The position numbers were made by a program, and so were the translations under genes. The notes below the pieces were generated by a model that was not told the origin of the DNA, made no database searches, and was given only the letters and a program-made list of their open reading frames with translations. Below, piece by piece: positions 23,306 to 36,571 of a stretch of DNA of 64,000 nt. The stretch is from Emiliania huxleyi CCMP1516. Taxonomy: Eukaryota. Every line of letters starts with the position of its first letter. The first letter of the stretch is position 1. Where the stretch lies: positions 310,001 through 374,000 of the forward strand of contig NW_005201192.1 of assembly GCF_000372725.1 (NCBI RefSeq). Direction: 5' to 3'.

Positions 23306-23635
23306 TTGCGGGATAGGGACCAGCACGCCATCCCGCAAGCCCGGGTGCGGCGCTCCCTAGCTAGCTTAGCTCGAAATGGCTCCGACCAGCGACATGTGCA
23401 AAACAGCGGCGAGGGAGTTGGTCCCGGGTGGCAGGCTGTGGGAATTTTGGCCTACTGTGGTCGCTCGGCAGTGACCGTCTTCTGACTTCTCCCTAGCTAC
23501 ACGTACCTTAAAAGGTCACGCCCACCGGGGGAGTAACCCAAACGAGTCGCGGTTTTAACGAGAACATGGTAGATATCATGCGGAGAGAGAGTTTTTGAGA
23601 GAAGTCTGCAGCGGTAAAGCCGTACGGCTTTATGT

Positions 23636-23998
23636 CAGTGCTTGCCATTTACTGGTATAGCCCACCAGAACAATCAAACACTCTACGGCCAAACAATCAA
23701 ACGGTGGTAAGATTTACCACGACTTCTGAGGCAAAATCTGACAGACATCGCGGAGAAATCGGCAAAATACCGGGTATTTCCCAGGTATACCCTGGGGTTT
23801 TCCAGCGGTATATACCCGCAAAATACCCGGTATTTTTTGTGCCGATTCTGCTGAATTTGGCGGCAAACCAGCCTCAGACTCGGCTCAGAGCTCGAAAAAT
23901 TGATGATTCCACGGAGTTTCGTATTTTACCATACCACGCTCTACTAGCAAGTGCGAAGTGGTAAATACCACTCATTTACCAGTAAATGGCAAGCACTG
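23636..23998. mobile_element. AT-rich MITE, 22-bp TIR starting CAGTG (hAT-like end)
   Basis: CAGTGCTTGCCATTTACTGGTA / TACCAGTAAATGGCAAGCACTG; internal palindromes such as AAATACCGGGTATTT; no TSD seen. Confidence 0.88.
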
Positions 23999-24025
23999 TA
24001 AACTGCGCTGTGTACACAGTGTCAG

Positions 24026-24265
24026 TGATCTGTGTTCTGTTATGACGATCTGTGACGCTGACGGTGTGACGGAGGAGAGGAGGTGGAGGAGCGCGAGGAG
24101 GGTCCGCGGTCCGCCCCCGCGCGCAGGCGCACATTTAGATTTACCACCATTATTTTTGTATTGTGTTTTGTGTATACCGAGGCGGTGCCCGGTGCCGAGC
24201 GCAGGCAGAGCCCACAGGTCGGACCTTAAGACAGCATTGTAGATCCCTGGGCGAGGGTGGTGGAG
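24026..24265 (+). repeat. Direct repeat, copy 1 (pairs with 26139-26271)
   Basis: About 95-bp near-identical core GTATACCGAGGCGGTGCCCGG...GGGCGAGGGTGGTGG plus upstream patches. Confidence 0.85.
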
Positions 24266-24532
24266 GCACACATGCTCAACATATGCCGCAGCCCGTCGTG
24301 CGTCGATATGACGCAGGGGGGGGGGGGGTGCTTGAGCTTGTGGACGTGGGTCGATTGCGACGATTGGAGGTCTTTTTCGTGTCCACGGCAGGATAACGAG
24401 GCCTTGTACAGGCTTTGAGATGGCATGCCGAGGGAGTTCCGTGTACCGGGTTTCCCCTTGACTGCAGAACGCCCCCTCTACTCGGAGCTAACGGACACAC
24501 AACACCGTACTCCACACGCACGTACACGGATA

Positions 24533-24908
24533 CAGTTCCGGACGGGCATTAAGAACCTCTAACGTTAAGAACCTGAGGCTCATATTTCGGCCGGATCCCT
24601 AAGAACTCCCTAAGAACCTGAGGCTGGGCCAACGCCTGCAGCCGGCGCCCCTGCCCCCGCGGCCGCAGCCGCAGGGGCAGCTCACGGCAGCGAATGACTC
24701 TCTTGTCACGCCATGCGCGAACTTACTGTTCCAAACTTCCAAACTGTTTTAAGACCCATTTATTGATTTTTAATCGAAGCCGAAACGGTTTAAAAAACCA
24801 TCCACCCGGTTAAGAACCTGAGGCTCGGCCCCCGACGGACCGCCGACTTAGCTAAGAACCTGAGGCTGGGCGAAGAACCTGTGCGTTCTTAATGCCCGTC
24901 CGGAACTG
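24533..24908. mobile_element. Tc1/mariner (pogo-like) MITE, 24-bp TIR, TA TSD
   Basis: TA|CAGTTCCGGACGGGCATTAAGAAC ... GTTCTTAATGCCCGTCCGGAACTG|TA; internal TAAGAACCTGAGGCT x4. Confidence 0.95.
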
Positions 24909-26138
24909 TACGCCTCATGTGCTCTCGTCCGACCCCACAGTCCCAGAGTCCCGTCCTCCGCCCGTCGGGGCGAGCCCTCGGCTCGGTCCGATCCCCTGCT
25001 CGCCTTCCGGGCGTTGCCAGACTGCCTCCGCAGTCGTTTCTGATGCCGGAAACAAGAGCCGTGGGATGCGGGCGTCTCTCGCAAGGGCCGACAAACAGGG
25101 CAGAAGGCAAGCCGACCTGACACCGGTCCCGCACATGCCCCCCGTTCACAGTTGAACTACTTCTCACGGCTGTACACTGTTATACTAATTGTTCGGCCGT
25201 CCGCGAGCCCCCAGCTCGCCGACGGCGAGAGAGATGCCACGAGGGGTCGCGGTGGCGTCCATCGCCAGGCTCCCTAGCTCAACCGACGACCCTTCGGGAT
25301 CGCCGGCCGGCCGATCATCATTCTTCTTCGGTTGTGTCCTCTGCTCCGCTTCACCCATCGACTGGTGCCGCCGCCTCCGAGAGCGTCGATGGCCCGGCCA
25401 AGGTCTCCCCGGGTGAGGGTGGCGGCGTCGGAGCATGCCGCCGCATCTCCTCGGGAGGTGTCGGGCCGTCTCACCCTGGTCGACGAATCGCGCCCGCACC
25501 TCCGCGGTCTCTCTATCGTGCTCGGCTCGCCCACCCCTTCCGCCGGCCTCCTCATCGAGCTCGGGGAGGCGCGGGCTTCCTTGTCGTAATTCATGATGGT
25601 CCGGTCGCCGCCGCCACGGGTCTACCCCCCGGTGAGCCCGTGTGCCCCGACTCCCCTCGCAGAGGCCGAGTCAGCGCATGCCTCTCGCCTCCTCCGATAG
25701 CTGACTCCAGGCCCCACCCGGGGTCCTCTGGTCCCGGCCTTCCGGTTCACCGGCGGACCCGCTGTCATCTCGCGGCACCTCCCCTTCCTCGGCCCCCCCC
25801 ATCGGGTATTCCAGCCTCCGATGGGGCGGTTGCTTCTGGGTTCCCCAGGGTCCGTGTGGGTCTGTGCGGTGACGGCCACCCGGCGGCGGTGGCGGTGGCG
25901 GTGGCGGGGGGGGGGGGGGGGGTTATGGTGGCGGTACGGGCGGCCGCAACGCCTGGTGTGGAGCCCCGGGGGCGGCCCCTGGTCCCTGTGGCCGTTGCGG
26001 CTCCACGCGTCGGTCGGTCGTCTACCTACCGCACTCGGGGGGGGGGGACCTAGCCCTTGCTTCCCCACGATGAGGGAGGGGGGCAGGGCTCGCCGCTGGT
26101 CCCGCCTCTCCATCCCTTCGCACCACACTAGGTCGTAG

Positions 26139-26271
26139 GTGATCTGTGATCTGTGAGGGTCCGCCCGCAGGCGCATTTTGTATACCGAGGCGGTGCCCGG
26201 TGCCGAGCGCAGGCGGTGCCCACAGGTCGGACCTTGAGACAGCATTGTAGATCCCTGGGCGAGGGTGGTGG
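26139..26271 (+). repeat. Direct repeat, copy 2
   Basis: Matches 24026-24265. Confidence 0.85.
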
Positions 26272-27324
26272 CGTCTCCCCGTCGGGAAGGGCTGTCTGCA
26301 GTGGTGGTCTACCGTCACCCCGCCAGCGGCCCGGCGGGTTCGGCTTAGACCTCCCCTGTCTGTCGGCGCTAAACCGTAACCCGCTGTGGGGCGGGCCGGA
26401 TCCACGCGTGAGCAGACTGCCCCGTTGGAGGTAGGCCGCTCGTCTACCCAATCAGCCTTAAGCGAGCGGCCTGGCCGTTGGAATGGCCGGGTGGAGAGAG
26501 GGGCGGAGTCGGCTCGGAAGCGCGACTGCAGCCACGGGGACTGCCCGCCCCCTCTCGTCGGGTTGAGGGGAGGACGACTGTCTCTGACGGCGAACCTCAG
26601 TTACGAGCTGCCCTCCCCTCGAGACGCGAGGCCAGTGCACTTGGGGCCGAGCCCCAGCGTGCACCGCCCCACACGCCTCACGCGGCCTCTGGCTGGAACA
26701 GGATCGCAAGCGAGTCCCCCCGGCAGGCGCGCGTCTTCCGAGAGAGGAGCGGGAGCGAGGGACCTTCTTAGTAAGCCGGCATGCAGATGCATGCACGGCC
26801 GTTCAGAATTTTCCCCAGCCGTTGGAATGGCTGCGCTCCCGCCCCTCACCGGGCCGAACGGGTAGTAGGCGTTGGCGCCGACGAGGGAGGAGTCGCCGAA
26901 GGACGGGTAGTCGTCGGTCATGCGGGGGGGAGAAGTGTCGGCGAGCAGCAGGGAGGAGAAATGCCTGAGAGGGTGGGGAGGGAGGCGTGAGGCGCAAGGT
27001 GAGGGGCGTGGGGGCGCGGGGCGCGGGGCGTGCGTGGGACGCGAGGCGTGAGGCGCAGGGCGTGGGGCGGGAGGGCGCGGGGCGCTCGAGTGAGGGCAGG
27101 GCGTGTTGTGTGTGTGTGTGTATGTGTGTATGTGTGTGTGTTGTGTGTGTGTGTGTGTTGGTTTGTTTGTGCGAGGGCTGGGCAGGGCAGGGCAGGGCGG
27201 CGGCGAGCGGCGAGCGGCGTCGGCGAGATCGGCGACGAAGAGAGGCGATGGTGACGTACACGGCGGGAGTGTTCACGGCTAGGTCGTAGGTTGCGCATCA
27301 GCCGCTCGCTTCCACGCATCCTCT

Positions 27325-27592
27325 AAAGAAAGAAAGAAAACAGACGAAAGGGAGGGATGGGAGGACGGCACGCCGCCACCACACAGGGATTTTAAGGAGA
27401 GGAGTGTGGTGCTAGCCGTCGCCCACCCTAACCCTTGCGCCTTGGTCGTCTGCCTCTTTCTATCTCCCTTCGCAGTCCCTCGCCGATTCTCGCTGCAACC
27501 TTCATGCCACCTCGCGGTCGTCCCACTCTCGTCGTTCTCCCTCCTATCGCTTCCTCCTCTGTCGCGTCGCTCTCGTCTGCCTCCTCCTGCGA
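27325..27592 (-). mobile_element. 5'-truncated non-LTR retrotransposon copy
   Basis: Reverse complement of about 10845-11110; imperfect TSD CGCTTCCAC..TCCTC at 27307-27323 and 27593-27608. Confidence 0.85.
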
Positions 27593-27654
27593 CGCTTCCA
27601 CTCTCCTCGGCGCTGGCAAATTCTTTAGAGCGCCTTGTTGTCTTCGGATCGGCG

Positions 27655-28533
27655 ATGTCCTTCTGTCCGGTCCCTCACACCTCGCGCGACCAGGGCTGGC
27701 TCGTCACCGGCGCGTTGCTCGGTGCCTCGGCTGCTCTCTACGCCCGCCGCCTCTACGCCGCCCGCAGCCGAGGCCAGACAGCCAAGCGGCATGGAGGTCC
27801 GACGCTGGCCTCGGCGGACCCGGCGCTGTACCCGTACCTGCTCGAGAAGGGGACGCGGCCGAGCGAGCCGCTCCAGGAGCTCTTTGCCGCCGTGGAGCGG
27901 GAGCCGCGTGCGCGCATGATGGGCAGCCCTGATGAGGCGAGGCTGCGAGAGAGACCTGCGAAGCGCGCGAGAGGCGAGTGACAACCCTCGTGGCCGTAGG
28001 CGCATTTCCTCGGCTGGCTGGTCGAGCTTATGGGCGCCAAGCGGGTCCTCGAGGTCGGCGTCTTTCGCGGCTCGACGACGCTCGCGCTCGCTTCGGCGCT
28101 GCCGCAAGAGGGCAAGGTAGTGGCGCTCGAGCTGAATGGCGACTTTTGCTCGACGGGGCGGCGGTATTGGGACAAGGCGGGCGTCGGCGGCAAGATCGAC
28201 TTGCGGCTCGGCCCCGCGTCGGAGAGCATGCGACTCCTGCTGGCGGAGGGTGGCGGCGGCTCGTTCGACCTCGTCTTCATCGATGCCAACAAGGCGAGCC
28301 GCGCCGAGGGAGTGTCCGTGCACGGCGAGAGGAGAGGGAGGGGTGAGCGACGGCAGAGCGAGAGGCACGGCGTAGGCGGACTACGACGACTACTACGAGC
28401 AGGCCCTCGCGCTTCTCCGCAGAGGCGGCGTGGTCGCCGTCGACAACACGCTCTGGGGCGGCAGGGTGCTCGAGGCGCCCGCAGCGACGGCCGACACGGC
28501 CGCGATCCAGGCGAAACGCAACCCACACGACCA

Positions 28534-28580
<47 letters not shown>

Positions 28581-28747
28581 ACCCCTCCGTACACGCGACA
28601 CCCGTTGCCCGCCCGAGGCCCGAGGAGGCTTGACCCAGCCTTGCCCCGAGGCGGCAGGCGATCAACGACAAGCTCGCCTCAGACCCGCGCGTGAGCATCG
28701 TCATGCTCGGCATCGCGGACGGAGTCACGCTCTGCCGAAAGCGGTGA
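27655..28747 (+). CDS. SAM-dependent O-methyltransferase, family 3 (CCoAOMT/COMTD1-like), 4 exons
   Basis: GAKRVLEVGVFRGSTTL, FDLVFIDANK, YYEQALALLRRGGVVAVDNTLWGG, DPRVSIVMLGIADGVTLCRKR*. Confidence 0.93.
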
Positions 28748-29353
28748 CCGGGTTTGCACGAGGCTGGTGCCGCTGTAGTCGTGCGACCGTGTATGTTTTG
28801 GTGCGGCGGCGCCCCGCGCGAGCCGCGAGGGCAAGCGCGGCCACAGACGGTCCCGCGCCTCGCCGCTATGACGGCCGCACGACCGCAGCTCGTGTGCGTG
28901 CGGCCGTCTTTATCGTCCGGAGTGAATACTCCAACGCACTCGTCGGTGACGGTGTCCCCCAACCTGCGCCGCGCTCGGCGAACCTCGACAGCGCCTTCGG
29001 TGGCATGCAGCTCTTTGCGCCTGAAGCCTGGAGAGCAGCTCCTCTCGACTGCTCACACGCGACTGAGCACTGAGCGGCACGGGTCCTTCCCGTTCCCCCC
29101 GCGCCCCGGTCCCCGTACACACCACAGTATATGGACCGCGCGTCCTCGTAGCGAACCCCGGGGGGGCCCACACGAGCTCACACGACCCCACTCTCGAGAA
29201 CGACCAGAAACAGTCGTATCATGCTGGCGCAATAAAATCTCCCTCCGCTCTCTCTCGCACTACCGCTTCAACTTGCTTTCCCCTCCCTGCGGAATGCCTC
29301 CCACCAGAGGTGCAGCTCCTCCCTACCCCTCCGTGCTGTCGCGCCCGCCCGGC

Positions 29354-31467
29354 TCAGCAGATGACGCACTCCTTGCCGTGGTTCTCGGCCGCCTCCTTCT
29401 TGAGGTCGTCCTCGAGCGAGGCCTTGAAGTTGGCCTTGTAGTACTCGCGGAGCGTGTCGAGGGCCTGCCAGCAAGGGGCGCGGCGGGGAGGTCACCCGCG
29501 CCTGCCAGAGGTGCGCCGACAGAGGCCGATCATGCGCTTCGCGCGCCTTTTGGAAGGAGGGGCGGCTCGCCGGGTTCTCGGACCAGGCCGCCTGCAGCAG
29601 GTGCGTGATCTTCTCGTCCCAGGCGCGCGGGATGGGAGGCCGCTCCTGCCGGATGGCTGCGGCGACGGCGGCGTCGACTCCTCCGAGGTGGAGGAAGGGC
29701 GGCATCCCGCGGAGCATGTAGAAGAGGATCATCGAGAAGGAGTAGACGTCGACGCTCTCGTCGTACTCCTCATGGCGAAACACCTCCGGCGCCATGAAGC
29801 GGTACGAGCCCGTCTCGCCGGTCATGAAGGCCGCCTTGGCGTCCGACGCGCGCGCGCTCGGCGCCGGCCGCAGCTTGGCGAGGCCAAAGTCGCTCACCTT
29901 GAGCGTGCCTGAAAAGTCGACGAGCAGGTTGGCCGGCTTGAGGTCGCGGTGCATGATCGGCGGCTTGCAGGTGTGCAGGTAGTTCATGCCCTGCGCCAGC
30001 TGCACCGCGTACCGCACCGACCTCCGCTTGGAGAGGGCGGGCTTGCCTCCGCCGTGCACATTCCCCGCGCGCAGCACATCGAGCAGCGAGCAGCGCATCA
30101 GCTCGGACAGCATCACGGGGTTGTTTTCGCTCGTCGAGTAGCCGAGCAGCATGCAGATGTTGGGGTGCCTCAGCTGCTGCAGGTGCGTCACCTCGATCGC
30201 CAAGTCCTGAAGCGCTACCCTCTTCTCCTCGTTGATCAGGTCGGCGCGGATCCGCTTGCACGCGACGGGCGTGCCTCGCCACGTCGCCCGGAAGATGTCG
30301 CCGAAGCCGCCCGAACCGATCTTCTCGAGCAGCTTCACGTCGCGCATGTCGCACGCGAGCGACTCGACCACACCCGCCGAGGACGGGGCGCCGGCCGCCG
30401 CGACGCCGCCCCTGGCCCCCGCCCCCGCCCCCCTCGTCGCGCCGGCCGCCTCGAGCAGCTTTGCGCAGGCGGCGTGGCCGCGCTTGGACGCGTCGTCGAG
30501 GGGCTGGCCGCCCCACCTACGGGAAGGAGCCGGTCGGTCACCGGCCCTCGGCCACCCCTTCCTGCAGCTGTCGAGGGGCTGGGCGCCGCACCGGTCGGTC
30601 GAGTCGGGGTTTGCCTTTGCCGCGAGCAAGTACTGCACCACCTCGGCCCGCCCCTCCGAGGCGGCGAGGTGGAGGGCCGTCCGCCCGTCGAAGGCGGCGC
30701 GGTCGACGTCGATGCCGTCCGACTCGACGAGCGTGCGAACCTCAGCGAGGTCTCCCTTGCCTGTTCACAGCGCCGCGGGTGTGAAGAACCCGCTCCTCAC
30801 TTCAGCCCCCCTTCCAGACGAGCTGGTTTGCCGGCGGCGACCATCAGACCGACCGGGTCGGACGGGCCGGTCACCTTCATGCCGACCTCGGTGCGCAGCC
30901 ACTCCGCGATCAGCGCGTGCCGGTGGCGGAGAGCGTCGTCCAGGCACGTGCCTCCCCACCGGTCGAGCCGGTGCGCGCGCGCGCCGGAGAGGACGAGCTC
31001 GCGGGCGAGCGCTGCGTGCCTATGGTGCCCTTCCCTCGTCGCTGGGAGATTGAGTACCAAGGAGGAGCGGCGGGAGATGCTGCGTGCCCTTCCGAGCACG
31101 CCACGTGCAGCGCGGTCCGCCGGTCGTAGTCGCGAAAGTTGACGCTGCAGCCCGAGGCGAGAAGTGCGCGCACGGCGCTCGTGTCGTTGCGGGCGACTGC
31201 GTGAAGGAGGCGGCAGCCGTTCAGGAACTCGGTCTCGTCCATCTCTTTGACGTCAGACGGCGCGCAGATCCCACCGCCGCGCACGTCCTTGTTATCATTG
31301 CTGTACTCTGAGTGATCTTGCGCGAGGTTTATCGTCGCGACGCGCCGCATCCTGGCTTCTCTCGCTCTGACCGGCGAGTGAGCGGCTCCTTCCGGCGGTG
31401 TTGTTCCGTCGATTTGCCGGGAAGGTCTAAAAAGAATCACTCGCCGCATGAGGCCGGAGCTGGGCAT
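29354..31467 (-). CDS. Ankyrin-repeat TKL protein kinase (ILK/Raf-like) with C-terminal CaaX
   Basis: DYDRRTALHVACSEGH ankyrin repeats; IGSGGFG, VACK, HRDLKPAN, DFG, GSYRFMAPE; last exon ends KECVIC*. Confidence 0.93.
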
Positions 31468-31773
31468 TGGGGTTGCATGCAGAATGCGTGGTCGGGCGCG
31501 CCGTTCGTTCGGACAAGAAGTCACGCAATAACAAGCCGCTCCTGCGTTTCTTTTTTCGCGTTTCCGCGCGTGCAGGCGCCCCCGATGTACTGAGCGCACC
31601 CCCCACCGCCCACTGCCAGGCCCAAGCACGCGCCGCAGTCTCTCTCTCTCTCCACCGCAGGCTCCGGTGAGGCCGCCTGGGGAGCGCAGGAGGTAGCCTC
31701 TCTCCCTCTCACCGCCTCCGCAACCAAGTGCTCGACACGCCCGGCATACACAAGTCCAAGGGCAAGCCCCACA

Positions 31774-31900
31774 GCATCGGGTTACGGGCTAGAGAGCCCT
31801 AGCCCTGGGGGGTGCGCGTTCGCAGGGAAAGGGCCGTAAAGTAAACACGGTTCTCCGAGGGTTAGTACCGCGCTCCAGGTTTCCCCTAGCTAACAGCAGA
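31774..31900 (+). repeat. Dispersed repeat family R copy
   Basis: Reverse complement of about 38310-38432. Confidence 0.88.
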
Positions 31901-31920
31901 CAGACAGTCCCACTTAAATG

Positions 31921-31980
31921 AAAGAAAGAAAAAAACAGACGACCCAAGGGAGGGATGGAAAGAAAGAAAGAAAACAGACA
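31921..31980 (-). mobile_element. Two stacked non-LTR retrotransposon tails
   Basis: AAAGAAAGAAAAAAACAGACGACCCAAGGGAGGGATGG followed by AAAGAAAGAAAGAAAACAGAC. Confidence 0.8.
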
Positions 31981-33473
31981 CTTGGTTAATAAAAATATCT
32001 CTCTAGAAGCAATCAATAGGTACAAGGTCCCAGGTGTCGACTGGGTGTCGAGGGCAACGAGACCAGAAAGTTCCTTGTTAATAGCTTCGCGCCATTGCTC
32101 GACTTGGGGTTGTAGAGAAAAAAGGGAGAAGAGGAATGGGGGAGGGGGGGGGGGAAAGGAAACGAAAACAGACGGGGTGCGAGAGGCAAAAAAAGAATTC
32201 TATAAGCAGTGTCCTTCTCCCAGTCTGGTCGTGGTCGAGACCGAGGTGCCGAACTGAGAGGCACTACTGGAGGCTACCTCCGGCCACCGCTCGACTACCA
32301 AGGCACATGGCCGGTCCTGTGGCTTGCCTGGACTCGCTCAGAAGCCTCAATTCGCGCACACCTTTGCTCTCTGGCTCCGGCGAGTGCGTTCAGGCCACAC
32401 AAGCAGGCGACGCCGAGCACCCGCAACGCATCTCGCTGGGGCGCCACCTATCGACCCGACTGATTGGCAGCATCAAATCCGACCCCATGACGGTCCTTCA
32501 GCCCCACGAGATAGGCAGTTGCGCCCTGATCTCGGTCCAAGACGGCCAACGCCGTGTCCGGCACCTGCTGGCTGCTTCACGGGGATGCCCCCCCCGGACA
32601 CATGCTGCAGCCCCGAGTGGATGTATTGGTCGTTTGTGGGTCCCACAAGACTACTCTAGTAGGGGCCAGGCGCTTGAGCGTCGGCGGTACACCTGTGCAG
32701 ATGTTGCACGGGTGAAATGGCTCCTCGTACAGGGTAGGAGGCAGGTGGTGGGTTTGAGTGTCGTGAGTGCTTGCAGCCGCGAGTGTAGCACCGTTTGTGA
32801 CTCCCATGGATGCAGTTGGGTGGGGCACGGTGCTGGGGGGCGGTCCGGTGCGCCACAACAGCCTCCCTGGCTGACCCCCATCCAGTTCAGCACCTCCATC
32901 CTGACCGTGAGAGAGAGAATTCTTGATACGAAACCACGACGACACACACCAGTCGACTCGCATCGGTTGCCTCCATGAACGGCGGAGCTATTCTCGCGCC
33001 CACACCACACCTGGCTCCAACGTGGACACGCCCATAGCTGGGGACACTACTAGGTCACGCATGGCATCACAGAAGTTTTATCTCTGGGCCCCGAAAGGCA
33101 TCTCTAGCAGTGTCGTTACACATGCCCCCTCCCCTCCTGGGCGCATGCGCCTCACTCTCTCTCTCTCATCCTGACCGTGGAACCCCAACTTCAACCGGTC
33201 ATATCTCGGGCGGACTGGCACCTCAGGAGCTCATCCTGGGCGGTTTTGGGGAGTCTTGGGGGTGTACTTGAAGGTGGTAAAAAGAGTTTTGCACCGCAGC
33301 TTAACCGGCGGGCGTGCTGAGCAGCGTGAAAACAGAAGGACACAGCTTATCTCACGCGTTTCGAGCTGGTTGAGTCGACTTGAGCAGCGGAGTCCACTTG
33401 AGCCGCGCTGCGGGCAAGCCTGTGGCCCCCAGTGGCGACGAGAGGCCGAGGTTGACGGCTGGAGCTCTCTAGC

Positions 33474-36319
33474 ATGAGCTCCTCCGAGTTCGAGCGGCTG
33501 CGCGAGACGATCCGGCAGATGCGGCTCGAGCAGACGGGCGGCCACAGCAGCAGCGGCAGCAACCAGCCTGGCGTCCGCGACAGCAGCAGTGCTGGCAGTA
33601 GCAGTGGCCGCAGCGGCGGCCTGCACCGAGCGATTGAGTGCGTGAGCGAAACACTCGCCGGAGAGGTGTCGGCGCTGCGTGCGGCCGGCGCGGCACACGG
33701 CGAGGCGCTGCGGCGCGTGGCGTCGGAGCAGACGGGCGCGACCGAGGCGCTTAAGGCTGAGGTGGCGGAGCTGAGGCGGGAGCTGCGCAGCGAGCGCGCT
33801 CGCGGGGCGGAGGCCGAGCGGCTCGGCTCCGTCGTCAGCGAGCTGCAGGCGGAGGTGCGATCGCTGCGTGAGAAGGCCGCCTCCGAGGCGGAGGCGAGGC
33901 TGAGAACGGCAAAGGAGCTGAAGCCGCTCGCGGCCGAGGTGGCGTCACTCCGTCGGTGGCGCAGCGAGGTGTGCTGCGGGCGACGCCCTGCCCCTCTCCC
34001 GCCGGGCCTCCGAGACCCGCCGCCTCATGGACCACTGCCGCTCCCGATTCGACCACCCTCTCCGCAACCAGGTGGTAGCACCGTCGCTCTCCGCCTTTGA
34101 CGCTAGCCGCGAGGCGGCGGCGACGGCGGCGACGGCGGCGTCGCGCGGTCAGTCGCAGCGCGAGAAGGAGGGCGGCAAGGAGCGGGCGGAGCTGGCGAGG
34201 CGGCTGGCGGAGGTGTGCGAGCGGCTGGCCAGCGCAGAGCAGCGGCGCGCGCGAGCCCGGGGAGGGGATGCGGCTCTCTCGGCCGCCTCTCGGCCACACC
34301 TTCGGCCGTGTCTCGGCGTACAGGCTCGCGCACGGTGAGGGAGAGGCGGCGGCGTCGGCGCGCGGGCTGGGCGAGAGGCTCGTGGCCGCAGAGGAGTCGG
34401 TGAGGGGCGTGGCCGAGGCGGGCGCGTCGCTGCGGGCCGGGGCGCGCGGCGGGGGGAGGCGAGGGAGAGGAGGGAGCANNNNNNNNNNNNNNNNNNNNNN
34501 NNNNNNNNNNNNNNNNNNNNNNNNNNNNNNNNNNNNNNNNNNNNNNNNNNNNNNNNNNNNNNNNNNNNNNNNNNNNNNCACCCAGCCACACACCCGCCCC
34601 ACATCAGCCGAGGGGGGGAGGGTCGGCCGCTTGGTCGCTCTCGCTGCGGCCTCGCCTCACCCCTTCGCCTGCTGTGTGCAGGTTGCGCGGCTGGGCGGGC
34701 GGGTCTGCCTGCTGGTCGACGAGGAGGGGAGGGGCGGCGAGGCGCTGCAGGCCGCCACGCCCTCCAGCGCTGGCGGGGGACCGCTCCTGCCCAGACGTCC
34801 ACGACACGTCCACGACACGTCCCCCCCTCAGGCGACCACCGCAGCGGCGCTCCTCCCCTTCCAAGCCGACCTCGCGCGAGCGCGCGACGAGGCTGCGGCG
34901 GCGGCGGCGGCGGCGGCGGCGCTGGACGAGCGGGTTCGGGCGGCGGTGAGCGCGACGCACCGGAGCATCGAGGCGGTGAGGCGGCTGGAGGGGGTCAGCG
35001 GAGAGGCGAGGGCCGAAGCGCGCGAGGCGGCGGTGGCGCAGGCGGCGGCGACGGCGGCGGCGCAGGCCGCGGCGACACGGGCCGTGCAGGCGGTGCAGGC
35101 GGCGGAGGCGTCGCAGGCGGAGGCGGCGGAGGCGCGGGGGGAGGCGGTGCAGGCGCGGGGGCAGGCGGAGGCGGCGCGGGCGACGGCAGAGAGGGCGGCG
35201 GCGCACGCGGCGGAGGGCGATGGCGTCGCAGCGAGGGGAGAGGCTGCGGGCTGGCGCGCGCGCGCGGAGGAGGCGGCCGAGGGCGTGGCTGCGCTGCGTG
35301 CCTCTCACGCGCAGGCGGTGCGGTGGCTGGAGGTGCTGCTTGCGGAGGAGGGGGGGGGGGGATGCGCGGCTGGCGCCAGTCCCGTGAGACCCCCGCCTCG
35401 CCCCCCCTCCCCCTCGGCAGGCTCTCCAGCGCGAGATTGGCGCTGTCAAGGCGACCGCGCACGACGGTCCGCGCCTTCCCGCCAAGCCTGCGGCGTCACG
35501 TCAGGCGGCGGACCGGCACCTCACTCCGGCGTGGCGCCGCCGCCTGCAGGCGTCGCCGCGAGCCGCGTCTGCGCGGCGAGTGCCGCCGAGCTCAAGCTGC
35601 AGCTGGCGCAGCTCGCCTCGGCCAAGCCGTGCGCCTCCCCGCCCTCCGGCTGCTTTGGGGAGGGCGCGCCGCACGAGGAGGGCCGGCTCTCGCTCGGTGG
35701 CGGGAGGCTCACCTCGCTGGAGCGGGCGGTCGAGAGCCTGCGGAGAGAGGTGCGAGCGGAGGTCAACGCGCTCTCCTCCTCCCTCGCCCTCCTCACGCGC
35801 TCCACCACTCCCGGGCCCTCCTCCTCCGCCCCCGGCTACTGCACCGCCGCCGCCGCCGCGTCCTCCTCCGCCTCCGCCTCCGCCCCGCCGCCGCCCCGTC
35901 CGTTCGACGCGCCGTCGCCAGGGTACGACCCCTCGCCCTCCCTCTCGCCGCACCACCACCACCGCTTCCCGCCTCCCGCGCACAGCGAGCCTCTCCCCGC
36001 CGCCGCACCGCGACCAGCCTACCGCCACCACCACGCGAGCCGGCCGCACTCGCCTCCGCCGCCACTGAGCCAGCTGCCGACGCCCGACTCGAGACTGCTG
36101 CTCTCGCCGCCGTCGCCGCCGCCGCCGCCGCCCTACCATCACCACCAGCCGGGCGGGGCGCCGCCGCCGGCCTCGCACGCGCGCTCGCCACCGACGCCGC
36201 CCTCTGCGCTGCCGAGCACGCCGTACAGCCCCTCCCTCGGCGCTTGGGAGGCGGTGGGCGGCGGTGCGGTGTCGCTGGGCAAGCGGCCGGTGCCGAGACC
36301 GCTCTTTGACAGCACGTGA
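33474..36319 (+). CDS. Large Ala/Glu-rich coiled-coil protein with Pro-rich C-terminus, spliced, spans an assembly gap
   Basis: MSSSEFERLRETIRQMRLEQ...; heptad-like exons joined by GT/GC-AG introns; stop at 36319. Confidence 0.65.
34479..34578. other. Assembly gap (100 N)
   Basis: Run of n. Confidence 1.
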
Positions 36320-36571
36320 TTTATGTCTTAATTTTATGTCTCTCGTGTCTCTCGAGTTTCCAGTGTGCCCCCCGGCGCTGTCCGCGAGGGAGGGAGATAG
36401 GAGAGATGTCCAGTGCGGACATTTGACTTTTTGTGTTTTACGATTGCTCTCAGAGCGACTCGAACTCGCACACCCGGAGCCACCACACACTGCACTCTCA
36501 CACAGATTTCTAGCGGGTAGCGCCTGGTGGCACACCGCGGTATCCGGTATCGCACACGCCGCGGTGGTGTC

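Noticed and set aside
29949..31142. Long antisense ORFs opposite real genes
   Set aside because: Shadow frames caused by high third-position GC of the kinase and similar genes
32136..33200. ORFs in the lower-GC intergenic block (also 43533-44012 and 52109-52573)
   Set aside because: No recognisable domains, splice pattern or codon bias; probably decayed repeats
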